A stretch of 64,000 bases of DNA, taken from the NCBI RefSeq assembly GCF_964355755.1, contig NC_092670.1, forward strand, positions 33,778,388 to 33,842,387. The letters run 5' to 3'. The notes beneath the pieces are model-generated. The model was not told the DNA's origin and made no database searches. It saw only the letters and a program-made list of their open reading frames with translations. Positions 1-12,665 of the stretch are shown piece by piece; the first letter of the stretch is position 1; each line of letters opens with the position of its first letter. The DNA comes from Antedon mediterranea (taxonomy: Eukaryota; Animalia; Echinodermata). The translations under genes were made by a program, and so were the position numbers.

Positions 1-193
1 GTGGCAATAGGCCGGATAGCAAAATGTGAGGCGATAGTATAAATCCTATGTGCTCCCAAGATTGTTTTTGTCAGTAGAAACAGAAAGCAATTACCTATCA
101 ATTATAAACTGTATAATTATTACTATTCATTGGAAAACGAAATGTTCCTCAATTCATAATGATGTTTTTTTTTTCTTTTTTTCATTCATTTAG

Positions 194-477
194 AGCGCTT
201 TAGGGTGTTCTACGCGGCAGATGGACGGTATACGCTGAATTTTGAACAAGCGAAACAAAAATGTGTTGATAACGGTGCAGTAATCGCCACTCCCAATCAG
301 TTACAAGCAGCATATTCTTTTGGATTTGACCATTGCAACTTTGGGTGGTTGTCAGATGGCACCGTTCGATACCCAATCACAATGCCACGAGTAGGATGTG
401 GAGAGGGACCTCCTGGCGTTCGAAGCTTGGGAACACAGGATAAGAGTAAAACTTACGATGTTTATTGTTTTAAGTAA
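194..477 (+). CDS. Link-module secreted protein, copy A, terminal exon 4 only (upstream exons outside the window)
   Basis: Polypyrimidine-ttag acceptor at 192-193; reads [23 protein letters not shown]...[17 protein letters not shown]...YDVYCFK*, the Link/Xlink consensus with 4 Cys; bases 1-193 match intron 3 of the other copies; AATAAA at 683-688. Confidence 0.88.
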
Positions 478-1411
478 CCAAACTAATAGGAACAATAATC
501 ATAAAATATATTATTGATAATTATTATCTTATGTTGTATTAGCATTTAGGCGTATAATCATCATTACAAAAACGTTCTGATAAGATAAGAGTAAAACTTT
601 GTTTATTGTTTTAAGAATCCATCAAAACTTATCTAATAATACAATATTATCAATGATATTTTGATTAATATATACGTTCTTTAATAAACATTTATGAAAG
701 ATTTACAAAATGTATCTTTACTTTTTGACACATGTACTGGTTATAAAATGATTTTACTTAGTTATTAGACTTAGCGTAGTAGTCTGTTGACAGCGCGAGG
801 TGAAGAAGATGAGACGCTCACGCTATCAAAAGATGATTGCAAGGGTACCCTGCACGACATTTCGGTTGTTAATAGGGGGTTTTCGCATGAACGTAAACGT
901 TAAGTGTAACACTATCTCAAATCATATTGTAAACAGATCGATCTGCGCGTGCGCAAGCAATACGAAAAACTTTACGTACCTCGAGAACCTTATTTCTGAA
1001 AATAGCGTCAATGAAAAATAACCAAAGGGTATCGAAACATGGAAGAATCATTACATTTCTGCAAAATGTTTAAGAAAACACATGATAAATTTAATTAATA
1101 ATTTATGTTTTTACTTAAGCTAAACAATAACAATTGTTCAACAAAATTTTTCAGCCAATATGCATGGTAAAACAAGCCTAGGTATTCCATGAGTTGTTCT
1201 AAAAAACTGTAATTAAAGCAAAAAATAGTTAAATTGACTGGAATTCAATGTGGTTTTAGTTGAATTTAATCATTTATTTTGTCTTTTTATAAGTGAAAAC
1301 TTTTTTTTTTCCTACGAAAGTTATTAAATTTATTAAAACTGCGACATAACAATTTATTAGTCTTTTTACTGATTTTTTTTTAGAGGACAATGTATTTTTA
1401 ATATAAAAAGA

Positions 1412-1520
1412 AAACAAGGCAATGTACATGGTTGCAGTTGCGTGCCCAAACTTTAGTTAGTGTTTCCCGACCAACCGACCGACATAGTGAGCTGTATAGT
1501 CGCGTTTGCACAGGACTAAG
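1412..1520 (-). mobile_element. Short Helentron/DINE-1-like relic (also ~16000, ~33020, and in intron 2 at ~14143, ~31170, ~55308)
   Basis: aaacaaggc...ccgaccgacatagtgagct...gtcgcgt shares termini and core with the longer element at 47803-48668. Confidence 0.45.
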
Positions 1521-1799
1521 AAGCGGGCATGCGCATCCTACGACAGCGTGTGTAATACCTTTAGTTTAGTTTTAATTTAAAAGCTAGAAGAGCTTCACTC
1601 GCGATCAAATTTGGTGAAATCTTGACATCTGAAGGACATCAACACTTCCTACCAGAATTCAACAACATGGACCACCGTAACGCGGACACATTAAATATCT
1701 CGAAATGCAGAACATCGCTAGGATTGTTGTGACATGTTATTATCGATCGTATAAGGTTATATGTATAACTATCAATCAATAATCTTTTATTTCAGCATA

Positions 1800-2120
1800 A
1801 CACTATAGAAAATACAAACAATACAAACGAAAACAAAAGCATCAGCACAATTCAAAAACTTAAAACACAATGCTCTCAGTATCATCATCTGTGTAGAATA
1901 AAATTAAAACATCTTAGATTAAAGATACAGACAATATGACCTAATAATACAAAAGCATCAGTAAAATTCGAAAAAAATGTAAACACAATGCTCTCAGTAT
2001 CATCATCTATGTAGAATAAAATACAAAAATCTTTTATAACATAAAAAAAAACATATAAAGATACAAACAATTCGACAAAATAATACAAAAGCATCAGACA
2101 AATTCCAAGTATTAAAAACA
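1800..2120. repeat. Degenerate ~120-bp tandem repeat (about 2.5 copies), in every spacer
   Basis: caaaagcatcag occurs three times and caatgctctcagtatcatcatct twice at ~120-bp spacing. Confidence 0.65.
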
Positions 2121-3500
2121 TTTTTTTATATTATACGAACATAAAGACAATCATTCGTTGTTCTTTCTATCATGACATTATTCCACACGTGATCGATTAT
2201 TATTGATACTGGATTTCGTTTTACATCATGCGATAATCGAAAAACGAAAACAAAAACAAATAAAAAATTCAATAAATAAAAATTAAATGAATTATTATAA
2301 ATTAAATCTCACGGACATCTGTACTTATATTGCTAATTTAAAACAAATATATTAATTGGTTTTCTATAAGGTACTTTTTTATTTGTCCAAGTGTGCTACG
2401 AATAATTACTTATTTTATATATAAAACATGAATAGTATTCACGAAAATAAATTGATAATTACCACATAAGGTATTAATCTGCTGGAACCAAAAATATAAG
2501 CCCTGCCCGGGAAAAAAAGGAAACAAAAAACATTGAAAGTGCAATTTTATGGAGAATAACATACCGTATCCAAAATCTACCAAATCCAGTTTAGGGAAAA
2601 TTTTTAGACGTATTTTTGATTCTCCAGAAATTGTCTAAAATGGCATGAAAGTTCATTTGTTAGAAATAAAGATTAAATTGATTATTCAAATTAAATTATC
2701 TTCACACGCACATCTGTAATTTATATTGTTAATTCAAAACGAATATATTAGTTGGTTTTCTATGAGGTACTTTTTATTTGTCCTCGTGTGTTACTAATAA
2801 TTACTTATTTTAAATATTAAAATGAATATTTTTTTAACAGTATACAATGCGTTATGCTGTATTCACGAAAATAAATTTATAATTAGCATAGTGGACATAA
2901 GGTATTCGGGTAGTTGAACCAAGAACATGGGACCTACTTTACAAAAAAAATGAAAGCGCAAATTTTATGGAGAATAACATATCCAAAATCGATCAAAATC
3001 CAGTTTGGGGAAACTTTTTAGACGTATTTTTAATTCTCTAAAAAATGTCGAAAAATGGAAACTAACTAATTTAAAAAAAAACTAATTTGTAAAGAAAAAA
3101 TGTTTCTCATGTGCCTTTATCTACTTTTAAGTTGAATACAGATTTGGAAAAATGGCCGAAAATCAAATTAAAAAGTAACTTTATCTTTTAAAAAATCGAT
3201 ATAGGTCTATAGCATGGTTGTATATGAAGTAGACGGCAATTGAATAGGCCTACAATTGATTTTCTACATACTAACAGGAGTTTTCTGAACGAACTATTGC
3301 TGTTGTGTAACTTTTTAAATATTGTCAATTGTATTCCACAGTATTAGTCAAGGAGAAAAATCTGAAAAGATGCTTAGAAATCAAGTTAGGGTGAGTGGAA
3401 TTTTAGAGGCAGTCAACATAGCCAGAATATCCTAATTAATCCGTTCTGATCACTCTAAGCCCAATTGATACTTGATTTTTTCCCTTTTTGTCTGAAATAG

Positions 3501-4020
3501 AAGAATTCAACGAGAATGTGAACGACATTAAAAAATGCACATGCTCAAGTAAGTAAATTCTTCTCAAATTAAGTATCTGTATAAAGCGGGAAAGGGTCTA
3601 AGTTACAGATAGAATGGTGATTTTGTCATGGTTGTTCGGGAGCCCAATTTGTTTATATTTCATCTGTTAAGCACGAAAAATACAATTTATAAAACAAATA
3701 AATGGTATCTCATGAAACCATGGAATCAGACCTTTATATTGTATTGTATTAATTGTTAGAGCGCTTTTGGGTGTTCCGCGTTGCAGTTGGACGGTATACG
3801 CTGAATTTTGAACAAACGAAACAAAAATGCATTGACAACGGTGCAAAAACCGCCACTCCCAATCAGTTAAAAGCAGCACAAGCCCATGTAATGGTTATGA
3901 CCGATGCCAAGCTGGTTAGTTGTCAGACGGCAGTTTTTGATCTGACCTGATCACAATGCCATGATGGGGATGTGGAGACGGACTTCCTGGCATCACACTT
4001 ACGATGTTTATTGTTTTAAG
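3501..4020 (+). pseudogene. Link paralogue pseudogene psi1, spacer 1
   Basis: 48-nt phase-1 exon 3501-3548 (EFNENVNDIKKCTCS|gtaagt) homologous to the end of exon 3; Link exon from 3760 with a frameshift after QAH, TGG>TAG and TGA stops, and a 3' deletion. Confidence 0.85.
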
Positions 4021-4682
4021 AAACCAAACTAATAGGAACAAAAACCTTAAAATATATTATTGATAATTTTTCGAAATTACATAACTTTACCGATTAAATA
4101 ATGTGATTACTTGTAAAACCATCGATCATAGTTTTAACAAATTTGCATTTACAGTATTTGGTAACTAATACGCATATTAAAATGTTGATGACCTTATGTC
4201 AACTGATGAAATTGACCTTATGTCAACTGATGAATTGATGTTTTATTCGATCTTTTACATTGATATGATTGATTAACAGGATGAGAAAACATTCAATTTT
4301 TATTAAATATTAGTTTTTATTTGGTTTTATAGGTACATTCTATGATTGGTCAATATTGACATTTGACCATTAATCACAAGGGAATTTTTTTCATAAGGTG
4401 ATTGAATAGACACCTATAATCATAAAATGTAATAAAAGACCAAATTGTGCTTAAATAAATTTGTTATATACATATACATAATACATTGTTGTAATTGGTC
4501 AATTTTGAACTTCGACCCCTTATAACTCGAAAATGCTTCCTTCCATATTCGTAACCTACGGAAAATTCGGGTCTAGAAAAGTTGGATGGACATTTGTCCC
4601 CTTTCGGGTGGTGATTCCAACCCCACCCCCCCCCCCCTCCCCCACCCCCTCCTGCCACCGCACTACTATAAATTATAAGCTG

Positions 4683-5067
4683 TATAGAGTATCACGGTTT
4701 GACGTCACAACGATAAAGGGCGCTTCATGGTTGCTAGCCAACTAAAAAATGCGTTTAACGCTACTATGTTGATAAACTGTATAGATCTGTATTTCTATCA
4801 AATTATGTATCTTTAGCTTGATTTTTTTTTACTTAAACTATAGTTATAGAATAAATAGATTGTTAAAAACAAATAATTAGTGATGTTTTGAAATTTTAAT
4901 TTGTTTTTATTGAAAATTATTAAGTTTTAAAATGACTACTTCAATAAGCCTATTCCAAACCATTCGTGACTCAGGCAGGTTGTACCAAGGTTGAACATAT
5001 TTTTTGGTTGACTAGCAACCACGCAGCACCACCTACCGTCGTGACGTCAACACCGTGATACTCTATA
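4683..5067. mobile_element. MITE (~380 bp), unclassified; also 36280-39129 (interrupted by Kolobok); deleted in spacer 2
   Basis: Imperfect TIRs tatagagtatcacggtttgacgtcac / gtgacgtcaacaccgtgatactctata plus subterminal ggttgctagcca / actagcaacc. Confidence 0.7.
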
Positions 5068-5133
5068 ATTATTAATATTCATTGGAAAAGAACAAGTTCT
5101 TCATATTGATGGGTATTTTTTTCATTCTTTTAG

Positions 5134-5455
<322 letters not shown>

Positions 5456-5812
5456 TAAACAGTTATGAAAGATTTACAAGATGTATGTTTACTTTTTGAC
5501 ACATGTACTGGTTATTGGTTATACAATTATTTTAATAGGCCAAAAACTGGCGTACTGATCTGTTGACAGCGCGGGGTGCAAACGTTTTAAAAGACGTCAA
5601 CCTATCACCAAAAAAGTGAAAACAAATGGAAATTAAACTATAAATTCCAGTACATTAGGAACATAAATCTAGTATGTAAAAGTGTAGTTACGTGTCATAT
5701 GGCTATCAACGTTTTGTGCCATAAACAAATTTGCAAAAATGTCGCCATTTTTGTGCCCATTGCTGAGCCATGAATTTGGAGGTAATAAATAAAAATTGTT
5801 GTTGGTTAAAAG

Positions 5813-5861
<49 letters not shown>

Positions 5862-6115
5862 TTTCAAATTAATTAATTAAATTTCAGTGTATCATCGGGC
5901 AGTTTCAAATTAATGTTCATTGCCTAATGTGTTTATATATATAAAAGTATTTCTTTGGAGATCCCGCCTCGTGAATAAAAATACTGAAAGATGAGGGCGT
6001 ATCAATTTGATCTCTGGTGCGCGTACGTACAACTGAGGACTAGTGCTGTTCCGCCGTACCACGCCGAGAATGTTAAAGAGTCGCAATCCAATCGATTTTG
6101 AACAATACCATGAAA

Positions 6116-6162
6116 GCCCCAGTGGTCTAATGGTTAGGACATCTGCATATCAAGCAGGCGGC
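6116..6162 (+). other. tRNA-like 5' half (SINE head or tRNA relic); also ~21165 and ~47306
   Basis: A-box-like TGGTCTAATGG and anticodon-arm-like tctgc-atatcaa-gcagg; no B box or T arm. Confidence 0.45.
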
Positions 6163-6479
6163 TACTGTATTTGAATATCAATTTCAAGAAATTATACTTT
6201 CTGTTATTTTCAGTTACCGTACCACACACACATCTATATATTCAATTATACATATACATATTAGTAAAGTATACACTTGAAGGTTCTTATAAAGGTATAC
6301 ATGCATATAAAAACAAATAAACGAATCACATATGTATACATATTTATAAATAAAGTGAGAAAAAAACAAACTAACAAAAAATGGCAAAAATCAACTAATA
6401 ATAGCCTATCAAATGGTATTTCTCTTATAGGTAAAAAAATAATCATATGTAAAACACATGTGCTTAAACTAAATATGCA

Positions 6480-8505
6480 GATAAAAGATACTCTTTGAAT
6501 TTAATGTTAAAGAATATAAAGAATTACAATTGCGAATATCTTGGTTAAATGTTATTCCATATTTTCGGACCCTGTCCTCGGATAGAAGACCTAGCAAGGT
6601 AAGTAACAAACAAGGCCAACAGCCATTAAGTCGCGTGCTACAATGCATAGTGATACCGGACCGACAGACAGACCGACAAACCGACAGACAGACCGACAGA
6701 CCGACAGACAGACAGACCGACCGACCGACATAGTGAACTATACTGACCGAAATTACTGAACATGTTTAAAAATGTTGAAATGTTTAAAAACATTTATATT
6801 TTTTTAATTTACACATTTACACATTTACACTTTCGACGTGCTCGTATAACGTAATTTCGAGTTGAAAAGTAAGTAAAGAAAACAGAAATCGGGCAAAAAG
6901 AGTGCGCAATAACGTTTAACGCGCAGTGCGCGCGCAATAACATTTAACGCGCAGTGCGCGCGCAAAAATATGCGCACTCATGGCAATTTTGTAAACGCTT
7001 AAAATTGCCTGAAATGTACTCTTATTTCATCGAAAATAAATTTTGAAAATGTTAAGCGCGCGTACGCATGCGTTACATGCGCTACGCACGTAATTGTATT
7101 GCCATATGATGATTTATGCCCTGAAATTTATGAGTACCAAATTTTATTTAATTGTGATTCATGGTTGTGAAGTTATGATTACAAACGTGATTTCGTTAAA
7201 TCGTGCGTAGACTGCGTAATTTTTTATTGCACACCGTGAAAACATAACCACATTGATTCCTGGCCATAAGGAATATACTGTGAAAAATTTACCTAGCTAG
7301 ATTAAACTGATATTAAGATAAGGTCAGAAAGCGATAAAACGCATAGTGATACCGGACCGACAGACAGACAGACAGACCGACAGACAGACAGACAGACAGA
7401 CCGACAGACAGACCGACAGACAGACAGACCGACCAACCGACCGACATAGTGAACTATGTGGGTTTTATACAAATTAGATGATCTATTTTCATATGAATGA
7501 AAACAATATGATTTAATAAAATAATTTGAAAATATGTCAAGAAGTAAGTTATTGTGGAATTTATACATGAAAATTGCAATTTGAAGTTTGTGGATATCAA
7601 AAACTTTAAGACTGTTTAATTTATGGAATAAAGGAAATGAAGGAGCTAGGTAATCCGAGTGTGTACAAAGACCCGTACTTTTTTTTGGATGTGAAGTGAA
7701 TGCAGGTGGCAGTTATTAAAATCAGCCCATATAATATAGGAAAATTGAATATGTGGTAAAACAAGATTTTGATAAAGCATAAATAGGGTTTCAGTTATTA
7801 GTGGATACCGGTATATTTTGAAACAAGATTGGTGACATACATGTTATTGTCAATAATTATCAACATTAAGATAAGTGCGGTTATAATGTTTATTTTTAAA
7901 TAGCATGTATGTGGTTTTATCCAAGTTGAGAGACAGAATATTAGCTTTTAGCCAGGTTGATACCTTTGTCATTTCAAAATTTACTGTGCGAATGAGATGT
8001 GTAATGTTAGAGTGTGATGCTAATAAATGTGTATCATCAGCGTAAATGATAAATGAAAAGAAGTTACTAGAATGTATAATTATTATCATTTAAATATAAA
8101 ATAAACAAGGGACCCAGAATCGACCCTTGAGGCACACCTTATGCAATTATTCCGATTTCACGATTTCTGACCATTGTAAATAACAAATTGTGTTCTGTTT
8201 GTAATATAATTCCTCAACCACTCAAAAGCAATCCCACGAACCCCGGAATTTTTAAGTTTTAGTAAAAGTATTTCGTGGTCTATCGTGTCGAAAGCCTTCG
8301 AGAGATCCAGCTAAATTCCTAGAGTATGGCATTTTTTGTCTAACTCAGTCACAATTTTATTATAGGCTTCAAGTATCGCCATGTATGAGGAATGTTTAGA
8401 TCTAAAACCAAATTTGGGAATTGTGTAATAAATTAAAACAAGAAATAAAATTATATAGTCTTGTGTGGACAATTTTTTCTAATAGTTTTGAAAAGACGGG
8501 AAGAA
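6480..8505 (-). mobile_element. Decayed L2/CR1-group LINE RT fragment; also ~21520-23670 and ~47670-49725
   Basis: Frameshifted RT motifs [37 protein letters not shown]. Confidence 0.85.
6609..7457 (-). mobile_element. Helentron/DINE-1-like element with two (GACA/GACC)n blocks, one end deleted
   Basis: Interrupts the L2 fragment; matches 47803-48668; absent at the equivalent site in spacer 2 (~21655). Confidence 0.65.
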
Positions 8506-8544
8506 CTAAAATTGGTCTGTAATTACACGAGAGATTTTGATCAC

Positions 8545-9760
8545 CCTTTTTGTAAATTGGGACAACTTTAGCGGTTTATTGGGTTTGGAGGGACAGAAAA
8601 TTGGACTCAATTTGTCCCATAAACAAATATGCAAAAGAGGACGCCATTTTTGTGCCCATCGCTGTTCCATGAATTTAAAGGTAATGGTCATTTCCAAAAA
8701 AAAAAAATTAAATTGTTGTTGGTTAAAATCAACATGACCAGTTCTCGTAAATAAGCTTTAGTGGGCGTTTTACCTGGAATCTGTTTGTAAATTAAAATTC
8801 TTGAGGGATATTAGTATACAACGATGAAACATTTAATGTAGCCAGAACAGAATTATTAAGTAAATTTTGAATTTGGTTAAATTTGTGGATAAAGTCCGTG
8901 TAGTCCTGAATGTAAAAGGAGATCAGACATATCATGGTCTAAGTAAATCATCCACATATTCAGAAATTTTCTCTTTAGCAGTGCCATTGCCCGAAATAAT
9001 GGGTCTACCAGGATTGCCTGCTTTATGGATTTTAGGTAGGAAATAAAATCTGCCTTCAACATCATTAACCTGTGCAAAATGAGGTCCAAACTTAGGAACG
9101 ATTGAGTGTTTTTTTACCATCACAGAAACAGATTTAGTCACCTTTTATCCGCAATTGCATGGGTGGGATCCGTTGTAAGTTTACGATAATGAAGAGGATT
9201 GTTTAGCTTGTCTTCATAAAATTTGATGTCCATAACAACAGTGACAGAACCTTTATCAGCGGGTCTAATGGTGATATCATTACGCTGATGCAATTTGGCA
9301 ATGGCCTGCCTCTCTTGTTTTGAGAGATTGTCACGTTTCTGGATTCGGGACGTAGTTTTGTACATCCTCCTCAATAGCCTCAATAAATGCAGGAAGTTCT
9401 CTGTTCAACTTCATAGTTCTAGAGTGAATATCAACTTAAAACTCAGTGAGGATGTTGCGGCAATTGCCAATTTGGATCTCATAGAGTGAAGCATTTTTGT
9501 GAAGGAAAGCGTTCCAACGGGAACGCATGCCATCATCTGCAAATCGAATACCAGATGTGACATAAAATTGAAGTTCTTTAGGGGCCGAATGTTTCTGTGT
9601 GCTATGTAATGGAAAGGCTTGATAAGCAATGACATCTCTCTTTGTAGCCACAAAGCCGATTTTCCACTTGTGTGAATTGAAAGCACCAGCTTATACGCAT
9701 GTGTAATCAAGTGTCCATCTTCAAAATCCCTCTTTACGCCTTCGATTCGCCCGAACAAAT
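8545..9760 (-). mobile_element. Decayed Penelope-like RT fragment; also ~23710-24880 and ~49765-50916; small piece at 5700-5810
   Basis: Motifs [28 protein letters not shown] and MGTKMA..FA.LFM, typical of Penelope RTs; frameshifted. Confidence 0.8.
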
Positions 9761-10286
9761 TCGCCTAGTGAAAAATCGGCTTAACAACAAATACAATGCT
9801 TTATCTGACAAATAGTCTGTTAAAGGTGACCTACATTTATTTTGTTTAAACCTCATTCAGAAACACACACAAAAACTCACATAGTCCATACTTTTTGTTG
9901 GTCTTCGAACAGGTCTCTTTACTTTCTTTCTTTCTTTTTTTTATCCTACATCTCCATTTTTCCAAATAAAAGATGGTTAAATCCAACAATTCCATCGAAA
10001 GGAGTGGCGGCGAATGAATTTGCCAGTTATCAAATTGTACGCAAATAGATTATGAAATTTTAATTTGTACTCTATAATACCAGGGGAGATGGGGATTAGG
10101 GACGGAGTAATTCAATTCAATATTTTATTTCGAAAATTAAAAGTACGAATACATTTTTATGAAAATAAACTGACTAACAAGTTATTAATACGACGCGCTC
10201 TCATCTCAAGATTATTATTATTGAATACATGAGAAAAAAAAATCTGTTGACTTATGTGAACAAATGTTTTCCTTACGTTCATACCA

Positions 10287-11424
10287 GGGTGTCACGAAAC
10301 CTAAGACCACGAAAGCTAAGACCCCCCTAAGACCTAAGATCACGAAAGCTGAGACCCAAGACCTAAGATTACAAATATTTATCTTTCGCACCTGCCTTGT
10401 ATTTTAACTCCCAATTTTTCTAAATACCACACCTTAGAATTGGCACTTTAATGAAAAAGAATCACATAAAAAGTAACAAATACAATTTTAAATTGATGAT
10501 TTTACAGACGTTTTTCTCGCACACAAACTTTTTGCGAATTTCGCATGACTAGCTAGCCTACAGTACAGTAGGCCTACCCTATGTTCAATGTTTTTGTTTC
10601 TATGGAACGTCAAAAGAGCAAAAATTATATAGAGGGCTGAAAACTCCGTGGAGTCCATTTACAGTGTGGATGGAACAATGTAAAATTAAAATTGTAATGA
10701 TAATAGTATAATCATGCAAGTACGAAGAAATAAATACTGGCAAATAAATTTTAATTTAAATATCATGATAATAAGTTTTTTTGTTTCGTTTTCTTTCTGT
10801 TTTTATACTTGTACTATTATTGTTGCTCTTTTGGCGCATCATAGAAACAAAACCATTGAGCATGGGGGGCGGGGAGGAGCTCGAGGAGTTACAGGTAGAG
10901 ATATTATAGTTCACTATAATATCTCTATGAGTATACAAAGAAACATGTCTGTAAATTCATCAATTTAAAAGATTTATTTATTTGTTTTTATGTGTTTCTC
11001 CTTCTGAAAGTACTTATAAATCCTAATTTTAAAGTGTTGTATTCAGGATAAAGTTAGTCAACAAATTTGGAGTCAAAATACAGGAAAGGCAGGTGCGTAA
11101 GAAAAACGTCCTCTGAACCAACACAATGGAGTAAATATATACTAACAAACAACCCGTCAAGTTTGTTTGTTGTAAAGAAAAAAATATACATTTACTCAAC
11201 GGGCGAAAATTATGTGAGTTTATCTATGTTTTGCGGTAGTATTTAATAATATTTATGGTAATAAATGACACCTACTGTGTTTAAAATTATGTATGGATAA
11301 ACAAGTATTGTTTTTAAGCTGTAGTATATCTTAGAATTTGTAAATTGTAGTCTTGGGTCTTAGCTTTCGTGATCTTAGGTCTTAGGGGGTCTTAGCTTTC
11401 ATGGTCTTAGGTTTCGTGACACCC
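10287..11424. mobile_element. Non-autonomous Mutator/MuDR-like DNA transposon; also 25414-27523 and 51449-52597
   Basis: ~85-bp TIRs beginning GGGTGTCACGAAACCTAAGACC, built of CTAAGA repeats; exact 10-bp TSD GTTCATACCA at 10277-10286 and 11425-11434. Confidence 0.85.
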
Positions 11425-11901
11425 GTTCATACCACCATCAAATCAAATCAAACCAGTGATTCACTTGCCAAATCAATAATATATAGTCGTCAATGTGTGA
11501 AAGGACCATAACATGCCAGGTCTCCTGAAATGATTTTGATTTACAATGCATTTTAAAGATGTATAAAAATCTAAATCTAAAAATAAAAGACAATCCAGTC
11601 TTAGGAATAAGTGAGTAATCTTTACTGACGTATTCATGAATTGACGGAAGTGGTGCCATATTTGTGTTTCAGATATGTAGATGACACTGAAATTCTATGC
11701 GGAACAACAAGAGATAAAAACAAAAACATATTGTAAACTAAATTTTTATTTTGATAAAGATAGATAAGATATAAAGCTAATAAATCACGCCATGAACATC
11801 GTGTGTTTCTTACTAAGTAGCCGCGAAACACACGTTATCAAACTATTACGCAGTGGCATACAAACTTACTTTGTATCAGTGTATATAGAGTGATTTCTTA
11901 A

Positions 11902-12201
11902 ATATGTATTGTCCCTCACAAACAAAAAAAAGATTAATAAAATCAGATTTTAAATAGGCCATTTTGCAGTTTTCATAAAGTTATTGCCTTCTGTAAAATA
12001 AAAACCTCTAAAAATGAATAATTATTTCAACTATAGGCCTACAAATGTAAGTATTTTTGTATTTAAATTACATTGTTCATGTATATAATTATTATTATTA
12101 TTATCAAGTTTTTGGTCAAAGTGAATAACTATATATGTGACATTTAAATGGAATATTCAACAAAACATTTGAAAAAACAAATTTATGGGGACAATATATC
12201 T
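11902..12201. mobile_element. Kolobok-like MITE upstream of the Link gene; also 28015-28313 and 53075-53380; single end in intron 2 at ~13792
   Basis: TTAA on both sides; TIRs atatgtattgtccc / ggggacaatatatct related to the 36464-38924 element. Confidence 0.7.
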
Positions 12202-12545
12202 TTAATGCATGCTGTTACAAGGGACAGGTTTAAGCTTACCTTTTGTATAGAAATAATCTAATTTTAAACTCGCCGGCCAAGAGAAAATGATGACTTTGGG
12301 CATCCACAAGAAGATGACACGTGGTGTTTTTTTTCAGATTTTCTTTCCCGTCAGTAACTAGACAAAATGAACCGAACAAATCTACAAACAATCCGAATGG
12401 CTCTAATGTAACAAGTATACCCTTTTAGATAATACACAACTGTATTTTTTTTTTTCTGATTGACATAATTATTGATATATTATTTCCATTTTATTGTAAA
12501 ACATTTGAACTTATTTTATCACATCCTTTCTGTATTGTATAAAAA

Positions 12546-12640
12546 TTATCTTATCGGGCCTCTAAATGTGATAACTTAAGTCCTTCCCCTTCGCCAACAA
12601 TATAAATTCACCATTCATTCAACTAAAATTCACTTCAATT
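12546..12640 (+). promoter_or_regulatory. Core promoter of Link gene copy B (TATAAA also at 28711 and 53785)
   Basis: TATAAA at 12601-12606, Inr-like TCACTT ~30 nt downstream, ATG at 12666; TTATC/GATAA motifs just upstream. Confidence 0.55.
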
Positions 12641-12665
12641 CACCTGTTACTTATCGACACTAAAA

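Noticed and set aside
205-477. Assigning a vertebrate symbol (HAPLN, TNFAIP6, CD44)
   Set aside because: No Ig, CUB, second Link or transmembrane segment; orthology unsupported.
800-1021. Recurrent 73-aa ORF (also 15390, 32418)
   Set aside because: GTG start, no motif; recurs only because the unit is duplicated.
4186-4235. 26-bp tandem duplication with TGATGA/CTGA motifs (C/D snoRNA-like)
   Set aside because: Simple local duplication; no terminal stem or guide evident.
6116-6190. Functional tRNA gene
   Set aside because: No T arm, B box or acceptor-stem partner.
10300-10372. CRISPR-like or regulatory repeat array (CTAAGA units)
   Set aside because: Part of a transposon TIR; eukaryotic context; no unique spacers.
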